Shown piece by piece: positions 32,011 to 42,132 of a stretch of 64,000 bases of DNA (its first letter is position 1; every line of letters begins with the position of its first letter). The DNA is from an uncultured Methanomicrobiales archaeon (GTDB taxonomy: Archaea; Halobacteriota; Methanomicrobia; Methanomicrobiales; Methanospirillaceae). The stretch spans positions 32,001 through 96,000 of the forward strand of contig CAVWXH010000003.1 of assembly GCA_963758915.1 (NCBI GenBank). The letters are read 5' to 3'. Both the position numbers and the translations under genes were made by a program. Below the pieces are notes generated by a model. That model had not been told where the DNA came from. It saw nothing but the letters and a program-made list of their open reading frames with translations, and did no database searches.

Positions 32011-33288
32011 ATGAGTATGATCAGCGATGCCAGGGCAGGCATCATCAACGATGAAATCCGGGCTGTTGCAAAAGCAGAAGGCGTAACCGAGGAATTTTTG
32101 ATGAGAGGGGTCGCCGGCGGCCACATTGTTATCCCGGTGTCACCGTACCGAAAGGTCAAGGTATGCGGTATTGGTGAAGGGCTCCGGACCAAGGTCAATG
32201 CCTCTATAGGGACGTCCTCTGATATTGTCGATATCGATATGGAAGTAAAAAAGGCCCGTCAGGCCGAACTTGCGGGGGCTGACACGCTGATGGAGCTCTC
32301 AACAGGAGGCGACTTCGCCGAGATCAGGAGACGCGTTGTTGCGGCAACCACCCTGTCGGTAGGGAGTGTCCCGCTCTACCAGGCGTTTATCGAGGCAGCA
32401 AGGAAAGACGGCGCTGTCGTCCACATGAAAGAGGATGACCTCTTCCGCATTACCGCCGAACAGGCGAAACTCGGGACAAATTTCATGGCGATCCACACCG
32501 GGATAAACTTTGAGACCATAAAACGACTGAAAAACCAGGGGCGGCATGGAGGACTGGTCTCCCGCGGCGGTGCCTTCATGACGGCGTGGATGCTCCATAA
32601 CGAGAAGGAGAACCCGCTGTATTCAGAGTTCGATTACCTCCTCGAGATCATGAAGGAGCATGAGGTCACCCTGTCGATGGGGAACGGTATGAGGGCAGGT
32701 GCGGTCCATGATGCAACTGACCGGGCGGCGGTGCAGGAACTCCTGATCAATGCAGAACTCGCCGACAAGGCCCATGCAGAAGGCGTCCAGACAATTGTTG
32801 AAGGGCCCGGACACATCCCGCTTGATGAGATCGAGGCAAACGTGGTACTGATGAAGCGTGTGACGAACAATAAACCGTTCTACATGCTCGGACCCCTTGT
32901 TACGGACATTGCCCCGGGTTACGATGACCGTGTTGCGGCGATTGGTGCCGCAATCTCATCGAGCCTTGGTGCAGATTTCATCTGCTACGTCACCCCGGCA
33001 GAGCACCTGGCCCTGCCAACAGTGGAAGAGGTCTATGAAGGGGTCATGAGTTCCCGGATTGCCGCACATGTCGGGGACATGATCAAACTGAAAAAGACAC
33101 GTAAGGCTGACCTCGAGATGGGCCATGCCCGGCGTGACCTGGACTGGACCCGCCAGTTCCAGCTTGCCATGAACCCTGCACGGGCAAAAGCAATCCGGGA
33201 CGAGCGTTCACCCGCGGATACCGAGGCCTGCACGATGTGCGGAGATTATTGTGCAATCAAGATAGTAAATAAAAATTTCAAATTCTGA
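32011..33288 (+). CDS. thiC: Phosphomethylpyrimidine synthase
   Basis: TKVNASIGTS, VSRGG, EGPGH, YVTPAEHL, CTMCG..C. Confidence 0.95.
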   Translation: MSMISDARAGIINDEIRAVAKAEGVTEEFLMRGVAGGHIVIPVSPYRKVKVCGIGEGLRTKVNASIGTSSDIVDIDMEVKKARQAELAGADTLMELSTGGDFAEIRRRVVAATTLSVGSVPLYQAFIEAARKDGAVVHMKEDDLFRITAEQAKLGTNFMAIHTGINFETIKRLKNQGRHGGLVSRGGAFMTAWMLHNEKENPLYSEFDYLLEIMKEHEVTLSMGNGMRAGAVHDATDRAAVQELLINAELADKAHAEGVQTIVEGPGHIPLDEIEANVVLMKRVTNNKPFYMLGPLVTDIAPGYDDRVAAIGAAISSSLGADFICYVTPAEHLALPTVEEVYEGVMSSRIAAHVGDMIKLKKTRKADLEMGHARRDLDWTRQFQLAMNPARAKAIRDERSPADTEACTMCGDYCAIKIVNKNFKF

Positions 33289-33295
33289 TTTTTTT

Positions 33296-33560
33296 CGCTC
33301 TGTAGAAACACACATGAACGGGAAGTTCACACCCGGACAATTGAAAATGCTACGTTCAAAATTTCTATATATCGGGGTCAGTTTTGCTATTTTCATGGGA
33401 AATCCTCTCAAATCTATCTTGCAGATTGGTAATTCCAAAATTTCGTCACGCTCCCGGGGCTCATGGCCAGCCGCGTTGGCGACCCCGGTCTGGATAGAGA
33501 ATATCCCTGATACTCTGAATTTAATGAGCCTTCGGGAACCCTGCACCACCCCGATATGAT
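33296..33560 (+). mobile_element. MITE subtype B, right end truncated or decayed
   Basis: Left end CGCTCTGTAGAAACACACATGAAC...TTCACACCCGG plus shared core; sits in the T-tract after thiC. Confidence 0.75.
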
Positions 33561-33626
33561 ATTCATTGGCAGGTTTCAATTGGGACATTCAACGAAATAT
33601 CAGAGATTGCCGGTTATCCCATATTG

Positions 33627-35696
33627 TCACGGTTTGCACCTTTTCCCATGGTATTCTTCCCAGCAAACATGACGGCAGATATTTCCTACTGCTTTGAAGG
33701 CATCTTCCAGGTCAGGGAAATTTGGTATCCCTGAATCCTTAAGGACCCGGAGGGGTGTTTTCATGGAATCCCCGCCAATCATGCATCCGACTATCATCTT
33801 GTGGGTATTTTTAGAGAACCGTACCAGTTCGTTTGCGACTCGTATCGGGTCTGATATCGCTGATGGAACATTCACCACAAATGCAATGTCCCAGGCATCC
33901 TGGTTTTTGATCATCACGTCGAATGTCCTGGCGAACCTGTCAGCCGATGCATCACCTACCATATCGATCGGGTTGCGGCGATTCCAGTTTTCCGGCAGGA
34001 TGGCATCAAGTTCCTTAATTATGGCAGGAGAAAAGTCCACGATTTCTATCCCGAACAGTTCTGCGTAATCAGAGGATAAAACTGCAAAACCCCCGGCATT
34101 GCTGATTACGATTGCTCGGGTACCTTTCGGGTATCCTTCAGATGCGAGGAGTTCAGCAGTCTGGAATGCTTCCCGGATAGATCGAACAGGAATGATCCCG
34201 GATTGCCAGAATGCAGCCATGTATACATCAAAACTGCCTGACAATGAACCAGTATGCGATGCGGCCGCAACCTGACCTATCCTGGATGACCCGGACTTGA
34301 TGGCAACAACAGGTAATTTTCGCGTTACCTCCCTTGCAATTTTCATGAAACGCGTTCCTTCACGTATTTGCTCAATATACAGGATAATTGCCCGGGTATT
34401 GGGATTACCAGCCGTATACAGGAGGAAATCTTCAAAACTAAGGTCCGCCTGGTTTCCGATGCTGATCACTGCAGAAAAGCCAATCTCTTCGGGCAGGCTC
34501 CAGTCCACGATGGTAGAGATAATTGCCCCGCTTTGCGAAATGAATGCAATATTACCGGGTTTGGGGGATATCGGGTCGAATGTGGTATTGATACCCTGGT
34601 GGGGGAGCATAATACCGAGGCAGTTCGGGCCCACGATCCGAATACCATACTGCCTGGCAATTGCAAGTACCTGGTCTTCAAGTACCGATCCTGCGTCCCC
34701 GGTCTCCCGGAAACCGGATGATATAATAACAACGAGGGGAACTCCCTTCTTTCCAGCTTCTTCAACAACCTGTGGCACAGCGTGCGAGGGGACAACAACG
34801 ACGGCCATTTCAACAGGACCGGGAATTGACGAAAGGGTGGGGTACACGGTCCGCCCTAGAATACCAGGGTGTTTTGGGTTCACGGGATACAGGGAGCCCG
34901 GAAATGACAGGAGGTTACGCAGGACTGCATACCCGACCTTATTTGGGTCCGGAGAGGCGCCAATAACCGCAATTGACTTCACATTAAAGATCTCTGCCGG
35001 TAACACGGGTTCCAGCTTACTCTCATGTATTGCCACCTCGTCAGTCACATAAAACCTGGCATCAACGGCACAAGCCCCCTTTTCGTATAATAAAACAGGG
35101 TTCAGATCAAATTCAATAATATCAGGGCGGTCCAGGAATAATTGCGCAACCGACCCAATCAGTGCTACCAGCGCTGGAACATCCCGGGCCGGTACATTCC
35201 GGAACCCCCTGATCAGGCGGTACGCCTGTAATTCCTGGATCATCGCGTTGATATCGGACGAGATGACCGGGAGGACCCTGATTGACACATCCCTGATAAG
35301 CTCGACCAGTGTCCCCCCCATGCCGACCGTGATTATCTTTCCAAATGTCGGATCAATCCTTCCACCAACAAGTATTTCAAGTCCCTTTTCCTTCTGCTGT
35401 TCAATAATGATGCCTGAAATTATCGCGGAGGGATCGGATCCCTGTACATTGCGGACTATCGTATCATAGGCAGTTTCAGCTTCGGCAGTAGACCGGATAC
35501 CGGTGATAACACCTCCCGCATCGCTTTTATGGACTACCTGGAGAGAGATGACCTTCATGACCAGCGGATAACCAATCCGTTCTGCGGATACAGCCACATC
35601 CTGGCGGGAGCTTACCACCGAAAATTGGGGAACTGGTATCCCATGATTTTTTAATAACCCGTATCCTTCCGCTTCTGAAAGTAACCTGCGAGTCAT
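33627..35696 (-). CDS. Acetate--CoA ligase (ADP-forming), fused beta-alpha order
   Basis: N-terminal ATP-grasp (HKSDAGGV), then GPNCLG, SQSG, ASHTG, NPIDM. Confidence 0.92.
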   Translation of the reverse strand: MTRRLLSEAEGYGLLKNHGIPVPQFSVVSSRQDVAVSAERIGYPLVMKVISLQVVHKSDAGGVITGIRSTAEAETAYDTIVRNVQGSDPSAIISGIIIEQQKEKGLEILVGGRIDPTFGKIITVGMGGTLVELIRDVSIRVLPVISSDINAMIQELQAYRLIRGFRNVPARDVPALVALIGSVAQLFLDRPDIIEFDLNPVLLYEKGACAVDARFYVTDEVAIHESKLEPVLPAEIFNVKSIAVIGASPDPNKVGYAVLRNLLSFPGSLYPVNPKHPGILGRTVYPTLSSIPGPVEMAVVVVPSHAVPQVVEEAGKKGVPLVVIISSGFRETGDAGSVLEDQVLAIARQYGIRIVGPNCLGIMLPHQGINTTFDPISPKPGNIAFISQSGAIISTIVDWSLPEEIGFSAVISIGNQADLSFEDFLLYTAGNPNTRAIILYIEQIREGTRFMKIAREVTRKLPVVAIKSGSSRIGQVAAASHTGSLSGSFDVYMAAFWQSGIIPVRSIREAFQTAELLASEGYPKGTRAIVISNAGGFAVLSSDYAELFGIEIVDFSPAIIKELDAILPENWNRRNPIDMVGDASADRFARTFDVMIKNQDAWDIAFVVNVPSAISDPIRVANELVRFSKNTHKMIVGCMIGGDSMKTPLRVLKDSGIPNFPDLEDAFKAVGNICRHVCWEEYHGKRCKP

Positions 35697-35863
35697 GTCA
35701 ACAATTCCATGGTAGGTATTACTCGGCTCCGGGTTATGAGGTTTATTAATGAATACTAACGGCTGACATCCTGCAGGGGAAAAATTAACAGTCCTCCTTA
35801 AGCCGGGGGACACATGACCTTTTGCCACGTAACCTGGTGGCACAGGAGATGTTTTTCCGGGTT

Positions 35864-36899
35864 TTAATCAGTATTACCTGTTTTTTTCCACTCGCAGGTC
35901 ATGGCGCTTCCCCCGTCTTCCGGGTGGCATTCCCGGGTGATCTCGAGGAAGATCCGGCGATGGATGATCCGCCAGCTGATAATCAGCTGGACCAGGTCTC
36001 CAGCGGTAATATATTCACGGTCCTTGAAGAGGGAGACAGGGTGGACTTTTGTCTGGTGTTCAATACTGCGCTCGAGTTTTTCAACTACATGCCCGGACAG
36101 TTCGCCATCCACGATCAGTTCTCCCATACACTGCCCAAATTGTATACCTTTTGTAAATTTAAGTGAAAAATCCCGTTCAGACAGCGAAAGGATGGAGTAA
36201 AGGTCAAGAGAAAGGTCGATCTCCTTCAGGCTGTGCTTCATTCTGTTCTGGGAGAGTCTCACGCGGTAGACATTACGCTCCTCACCAAGTTCACGGCCGT
36301 ATTCTGAATAATCAATACCGACAACCGCATCTGCATATTCTTTCTGGGGAGCAATATAGCGTTCGTAATCAGGTTTGCGTTCCTCGATATGCCTCTTCAC
36401 ATCAGCAGCCGAATATCCCCGTTTTTTAATATCACGGATTATCTTCCAGTCATACTTGACCGCAGGTGCCGGGTCAACAAACAGTAAAAAATCAAGGTTG
36501 TTGCGGAGCGAGGGGGTGAAAAACGTATGCAGGCCTTCCAGGATGAGGATTTTTTTCGGGATGAACATGACCGGCGGGTCAAATGTTCCTGTGTCGTGGT
36601 TGTATACCGGTTTCTCTACCGGCTTGCCCTGTTTCATCTGGCCCAGATCCACTTCAAGCTGGTCTAACCTGTTTGCAGCTGGATTCAGGGCAGTAATTCC
36701 CAGGTTCCTTCCGTTCCTCCCTGTCATACCGGTGGTAATCATCGAGGGTTATGGTAGAGACAAGATCGCTGCCAAAAATACTCCGGACCCCTTGCGTAAA
36801 TGTCGTTTTACCCGAACCGCTGTCCCCTGCAACGCCAATCGTAAAAATATAGGGTGTTGCTGCAATCGTGTCCTTTAAACTATGGGTCTGCATGTACAA
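35864..36899 (-). CDS. prk: Phosphoribulokinase (apparent +1 frameshift near 36705)
   Basis: GVAGDSGSGKTT, LDDYHRYDREER, ITALNP, YNHDTG, EGLH, RD..KRGY, YIAPQ. Confidence 0.9.
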
Positions 36900-36995
36900 C
36901 TAATCTCCTCGATTTTGCAGGCTAAAAATCATCCTGTATTCCCACGGGATTTACACGATATTCCATACCTTCCCCAACAAACTCACAGGTTGCCC

Positions 36996-37180
36996 GGGAA
37001 AAACCCTTTCGGATGTTGCAGACTTGAATCCAGGTATACTGATCGGTTTGAATAAAGACCGGCACCTGGCAGCGGGGCTACCTGTGATGGGGGTTTTCCC
37101 TGAGTAACAGGCAGATGAACCACCAGACCCGCGAGAGAAGGTACAGGCGATGCCGCAAAAAAGCAGGTAAGGGTTATCCC
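36996..37180 (+). ncRNA. Candidate 6S-like structured RNA (~185 nt)
   Basis: Nested long-range helices with multiple G-U pairs on the + strand; directly upstream of a ygfA homolog; folded by hand only. Confidence 0.5.
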
Positions 37181-37257
37181 ATAATATTTTTCCACATGAG
37201 ACAACCCATTACAACGGGACCTTTTAAGCACGATTCCACCAATTTCATATAACAAGT

Positions 37258-37833
37258 ATGCCTCACGGTGGGAGATTGACCAAGGAGGAACTACGGGACC
37301 AGGCCCGGGCAGTGCGATCGGGACTTACTCCTGCAGAGGCGGGTTCATTCAGCAGGTTAATCTGTGACACCCTCTTCAAGGGACTGAACGGGGAGGGGAC
37401 GGTGATGGTCTATGTTCCAAAACCACCGGAGGTTGATACAATGCCCCTCATCAAGCAGCTCATACAGAAGGGCGTCCGCGTTGTGGTCCCGATCATCGAG
37501 AGGGATACCCGGACACTCCGCCTATCCTGCCTGGAGGACCCGGACATCCTGGTCATCAGTACATTTTCAGTCCCTGAACCAATCGGGAAGGAAATCCCTG
37601 TATGCGGCAGGGACCTTGATGTTGTTGTTGTCCCGCTTCTCGCCTTTGACCGGGCGGGTCACCGGCTCGGTTATGGCGCGGGGTACTATGACCGGTTCCT
37701 TTCGTCGTATACTCAGGCAAAAAAGATCGGTGCTGCATTTTCCTGCCAGGAGATAGGATCGGTCCCTGCCGATGAGAATGATGTGGCCATGGACATGATC
37801 GTCACAGAGCGGGAAATTATCTCCTGCCGCTGA
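37258..37833 (+). CDS. 5-formyltetrahydrofolate cyclo-ligase (YgfA family)
   Basis: K.ELR, EVDT, VPEP, VVPLLAFD..GHRLGYGAGYYDRFL, D..MD.IVTE. Confidence 0.93.
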   Translation: MPHGGRLTKEELRDQARAVRSGLTPAEAGSFSRLICDTLFKGLNGEGTVMVYVPKPPEVDTMPLIKQLIQKGVRVVVPIIERDTRTLRLSCLEDPDILVISTFSVPEPIGKEIPVCGRDLDVVVVPLLAFDRAGHRLGYGAGYYDRFLSSYTQAKKIGAAFSCQEIGSVPADENDVAMDMIVTEREIISCR

Positions 37834-37989
37834 ATTATTTTATATATTCCCCTGTGAAATCTCCTTCAAATCCGCTGGATATACTGATCCCACCAGAAAT
37901 GGAAGAATATGACTCAGGATGGTACTATCATAATATTTATAATAAAATGAGACTTACTTTTAGTTAGCATTTACCAGGAGTTAGTTCTG

Positions 37990-40374
37990 ATGCCAAATAA
38001 AGATTACGCAGAAGTCGGGGTACGGGAAGCCGCCCGCGACGACGCCGGACGTGGAATAGCACGAGTCAGCATCGATATCATGAGGGCACTCGGGCTGGTA
38101 AGCGGTGATGTAATAGAAATACAGGGGAAGAAAAAGGCCACCGCAATAGTCTGGCCAGGTTTCCAGCAGGACACCGGGAATAAGGTAATCCGTATCGACG
38201 GAACTGTCAGGAGCAATGCAGGGGCAGGTGTCGATGATACGGTAAAGATCAGGAAGATCGAGCTCGGCTATGCAAAAAAGATAATTATTGCACCCACCCA
38301 GCCGATCCGCCTGATCGGAGGGGAACAATACCTCCACCGGGTCCTCTCCGGAAGATCAGTGATGGAGGGGCAGAACGTGCGGGTGGACGTAATCGGGAAC
38401 CCGATCACATTCGTCATTTCGAAGGTCATCCCGAAAGGTATCGGCATTGTTACCGATGACACAGAAATAGAACTGAAAGATACCGCATATAAGCCTGAAG
38501 AGGGTAAACAGGAGGTCTCTGACGTCCACTACGAGGACATAGGCGGACTTGGCCGCGAGCTGCAGCTCGTGCGTGAAATGATAGAACTGCCGCTACGGCA
38601 CCCGGAAATCTTCGAGAGGCTGGGGATAGAGCCACCAAAGGGAGTACTCCTCTACGGTCCGCCAGGCACTGGAAAGACACTCATCGCAAAAGCGGTGGCA
38701 AATGAAGTTGAGGCCCACTTCATTACCCTTTCCGGCCCGGAAATCATGAGCAAGTACTATGGGGAGAGCGAAGGGAAGCTCCGGGAAGTCTTTGAAGAAG
38801 CACAGGAAAATGCACCGACAATCATTTTCATCGATGAAATCGACTCGATTGCACCAAAGCGTGAAGAGACCAAAGGTGAGGTGGAGCGTCGCGTCGTGGC
38901 ACAGCTCCTTGCCCTGATGGACGGACTAAAAGGCAGGGGACAGGTCATTGTCATCGCCGCAACCAACCTTCCGGACTCAATCGACCCTGCACTCCGCCGG
39001 GGTGGCAGGTTTGACCGGGAGATAGAGATCGGCATTCCCGACAAGAAAGGACGGTTTGAGATCTTCCAGGTCCACAGCAGGGGGGTCCCCCTTGCAGATG
39101 ATGTCAACCTGCAGGCATATGCGGATACTACCCACGGGTTTGTCGGTGCTGACATCGCGCTCCTTGTAAAGGAGGCTGCAATGAGGGCACTCAGGAGGAT
39201 CATCCCCCTGATAAAACCTGATGAAGAGATCCCTGCCGAGATCCTTGATGACCTGAGGGTCACCGGGGCTGACTTTGACGAGGCACGGAAACAGGTCGAA
39301 CCAAGTGCAATGCGCGAGGTGCTCGTAGAAATCCCGGATGTTACCTGGGATGAGGTCGGAGGCCTAGATGAGGTGAAGAAAGACCTGCAGGAGGCAGTGG
39401 AATGGCCATTAAAGTACCCCTTTGTATTCGAGCAGCTCAAGACCAAGCCCCCGAAAGGGATCCTCCTGTTCGGGCCACCCGGGACAGGGAAGACCCTGCT
39501 CGCAAAGGCTGTTTCAAACGAGTCAGAATGCAATTTCATCTCCGTAAAGGGTCCTGAACTCCTCTCAAAATGGGTAGGGGAGTCTGAAAAAGGGGTCAGG
39601 GAGATATTCAGGAAGGCCAGGCAGGCGTCCCCCTCGATCATCTTCTTCGATGAAGTTGATGCACTCGTGCCAAAGCGGGGTTCTTATGCGGGTTCATCCC
39701 ATGTGACCGAGAGCGTGGTCTCCCAGATCCTCACCGAGCTCGACGGCCTCGAGGAGCTGAAAAACGTCACCGTTATTGCGGCGACGAACAGGCCTGATAT
39801 GATCGACCCGGCGCTCCTGCGCCCCGGAAGGCTGGAGCGCCATATTTACGTGCCCCCGCCCGATGAAGAGGGCCGGAAGAAGATCTTCGGTGTCTACCTG
39901 CGGGATGCGGGTGCGCTCCTTACCAGTGACATCAGCATCGATGACCTTGTCCTGCAGACCGACGGGTATGTAGGTGCTGATATCGAGGCACTTGTCCGAC
40001 AGGCAAAACTTGGTGCAATGCGTGACTTTATCACGGTAATGGCAGATACGAGTGAGAAGGAACGGCAGGATGCCGTGGTGAACATCCGAATCACGAGGAT
40101 GCACTTTGAAGATGCAGCCAAAATAGTCAAGGGGTCTCTCGACCGCGACGCCCTCGAGACGGCTGAACGGCAGGCATGGGAGATGCTGTACAACCATGAT
40201 CAACGGGTAATCCTTGAAAATTCCCTTGCCAGCCTGAAGCGGGCAGAACTCCGGAAGGTAACAGACAGCAGTACGGACATTCTCAGGAAAGAGACCTTTA
40301 AAACTAAAAAAGACTTCAGCGAGATTAAAAAACTCACCAGCCAGCTGGATGAGCAGTTGAAACAGACCACATAA
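37990..40374 (+). CDS. CDC48/VCP family AAA+ ATPase
   Basis: N-domain plus two AAA modules (GPPGTGKT twice, [19 protein letters not shown]). Confidence 0.96.
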   Translation: MPNKDYAEVGVREAARDDAGRGIARVSIDIMRALGLVSGDVIEIQGKKKATAIVWPGFQQDTGNKVIRIDGTVRSNAGAGVDDTVKIRKIELGYAKKIIIAPTQPIRLIGGEQYLHRVLSGRSVMEGQNVRVDVIGNPITFVISKVIPKGIGIVTDDTEIELKDTAYKPEEGKQEVSDVHYEDIGGLGRELQLVREMIELPLRHPEIFERLGIEPPKGVLLYGPPGTGKTLIAKAVANEVEAHFITLSGPEIMSKYYGESEGKLREVFEEAQENAPTIIFIDEIDSIAPKREETKGEVERRVVAQLLALMDGLKGRGQVIVIAATNLPDSIDPALRRGGRFDREIEIGIPDKKGRFEIFQVHSRGVPLADDVNLQAYADTTHGFVGADIALLVKEAAMRALRRIIPLIKPDEEIPAEILDDLRVTGADFDEARKQVEPSAMREVLVEIPDVTWDEVGGLDEVKKDLQEAVEWPLKYPFVFEQLKTKPPKGILLFGPPGTGKTLLAKAVSNESECNFISVKGPELLSKWVGESEKGVREIFRKARQASPSIIFFDEVDALVPKRGSYAGSSHVTESVVSQILTELDGLEELKNVTVIAATNRPDMIDPALLRPGRLERHIYVPPPDEEGRKKIFGVYLRDAGALLTSDISIDDLVLQTDGYVGADIEALVRQAKLGAMRDFITVMADTSEKERQDAVVNIRITRMHFEDAAKIVKGSLDRDALETAERQAWEMLYNHDQRVILENSLASLKRAELRKVTDSSTDILRKETFKTKKDFSEIKKLTSQLDEQLKQTT

Positions 40375-40391
40375 CAATTGGGAATACCATT

Positions 40392-40838
40392 ATGACCAGC
40401 GCACCAGATGAAAATTTCAGGAACATAGGGGAGATCATCCGGAAAATGCTTGAACAGGCGGGTATGAGTGATCACCCGGCACCCGTCATTTTCAATTTCC
40501 GGATCTACGTTAATATGCCGGTATGCCCGGCCGGGCAACAAAACCTGGCCCCCTCAAGGAGTCACACGATAGAGCCTGAAGTAGAGGTCCAGCGGGTTGG
40601 AAACGAGGTGATACTGGCAACCGAACTCCCGGGAGTCTCCCCCGAGGATGTAAAAGTGATGTTTTCCGGTTCGACCGTCCATATCAAGGCAGGGGACGGG
40701 GACCTGAAATACCAGACAACTGCAGATGTCCCACCGGCGGAAAAGGACTCCGTTTCGGTATCATTCCGGCATGGCGTACTAGAGGTCACCTACCGTGAGC
40801 AGTTTCGGGAGACCGGACCTTCTGCCGGGGACGAATAA
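40392..40838 (+). CDS. Hsp20/alpha-crystallin-like protein
   Basis: ELPGV...V, FRHGVLEV; follows cdc48. Confidence 0.75.
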   Translation: MTSAPDENFRNIGEIIRKMLEQAGMSDHPAPVIFNFRIYVNMPVCPAGQQNLAPSRSHTIEPEVEVQRVGNEVILATELPGVSPEDVKVMFSGSTVHIKAGDGDLKYQTTADVPPAEKDSVSVSFRHGVLEVTYREQFRETGPSAGDE

Positions 40839-41204
40839 ACCCATTTATTGACCTTTTTTCCAAGAACCTTATTGTTAATTCCTGGTGGATCCACGGGCGG
40901 TTACGGTTGACGTATCCTTGGGGTCCAGGACAAATTATACCTGTAATAATTACCCGGCCGAAGGTTGTAAAAAAAACAGCGCGGTTATTTTTTTCCTTCC
41001 TCGCCCCACATCCGGCACCATTACCACGATCCCGGGGAATTCCGGGTACGGGAAAAAGGAGGTTCATATCAGGTTGTGGACAGCCCATCCAGGCAGGATA
41101 ATAATCCTGATAAACCCCGGAATCAAAAGACTACACGTGATCAGGGAGTCCGGTTGGATAGCCCGTGGTTTACCGAGTTGTATGGCAGAGGAAGGCAGTA
41201 AAAA

Positions 41205-42110
41205 ATGATACTCAAAGAATTCCTTGACGGCGCAGGGACAGAAAAAAACCTGGCGGAATTAATTCTCTTTTTCAGCAGGGAAGCCCGGTCGGTGAAGATG
41301 GGATTTCTCTCCACGGCCAGGAAATCACCTGCAGATGAAAAGACACGCAATATGTATGGCGAAGAGCAGATGCCCCTGGATAAATATGCCGACGAGGTAT
41401 TCATTTCAGGGTTGAAGAAGACGCGGCTTGCCCGGTATATCGCCACGGAAGAACAAGACACTATCATTGAAGTCGGGAACCCGAAAAGCGAATTCGGGGT
41501 TGTCATCGACCCGCTGGATGGATCATCCCTTATTGATGTGAACCTTTGTGTAGGGTCAATCATTGGTATCTATCCCGGGCATGTTCTCGAGAAGGGAGCA
41601 AAAATGGTCGCTGCGATGTATATCCTGTATGGCCCCCTTACCACACTGACGTATACAGCAGGAAAGGGAGTCCACGAATTTGTCCTGGATGAAACCGGTG
41701 AATTTGTTCTTAAACACCAGGATATTAAAATCCCTGACGGGAAAATTTATGCACCCGGTGCCCTGAGAAGGGATTACCTGCCAGCTCATGCACGGTTTAT
41801 TGAGGGACTTGAAGCGGCGGGGTATAAACTCCGGTTCAGCGGATGTTTTGTTGCAGATGTACACCAGATCCTTCGCAAGGGAGGGGTATTCACGTACCCG
41901 GGTTTCAAAAATAAGGAAAACGGAAAATTGAGGCTTTTATACGAGGCAAACCCGATGGGAAAGATTATCCGGGAAGCAGGAGGGGCAATCAGTAACGGGC
42001 ACACAGATATTCTGGATATTACGCCGAAATCAATCGGTGAGATTACACCCATCTATATTGGTGGCATGAAAGAGATCGCGATGATTGAAAAGTTTATGAC
42101 ACAAGGGTAA
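41205..42110 (+). CDS. fbp: Fructose-1,6-bisphosphatase class I
   Basis: [26 protein letters not shown]. Confidence 0.93.
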   Translation: MILKEFLDGAGTEKNLAELILFFSREARSVKMGFLSTARKSPADEKTRNMYGEEQMPLDKYADEVFISGLKKTRLARYIATEEQDTIIEVGNPKSEFGVVIDPLDGSSLIDVNLCVGSIIGIYPGHVLEKGAKMVAAMYILYGPLTTLTYTAGKGVHEFVLDETGEFVLKHQDIKIPDGKIYAPGALRRDYLPAHARFIEGLEAAGYKLRFSGCFVADVHQILRKGGVFTYPGFKNKENGKLRLLYEANPMGKIIREAGGAISNGHTDILDITPKSIGEITPIYIGGMKEIAMIEKFMTQG

Positions 42111-42132
42111 GTAAACAGGAGTGGGAAGTCTT

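Noticed and set aside
36996-37180. SRP RNA, RNase P RNA or T-box as the identity of the structured element
   Set aside because: Lacks the SRP helix 8 (CAGG..GGAA..AGCA), RNase P GAGGAAAGTCC and T-box GGTGGNACCGCG motifs, and is too short for archaeal 7S RNA
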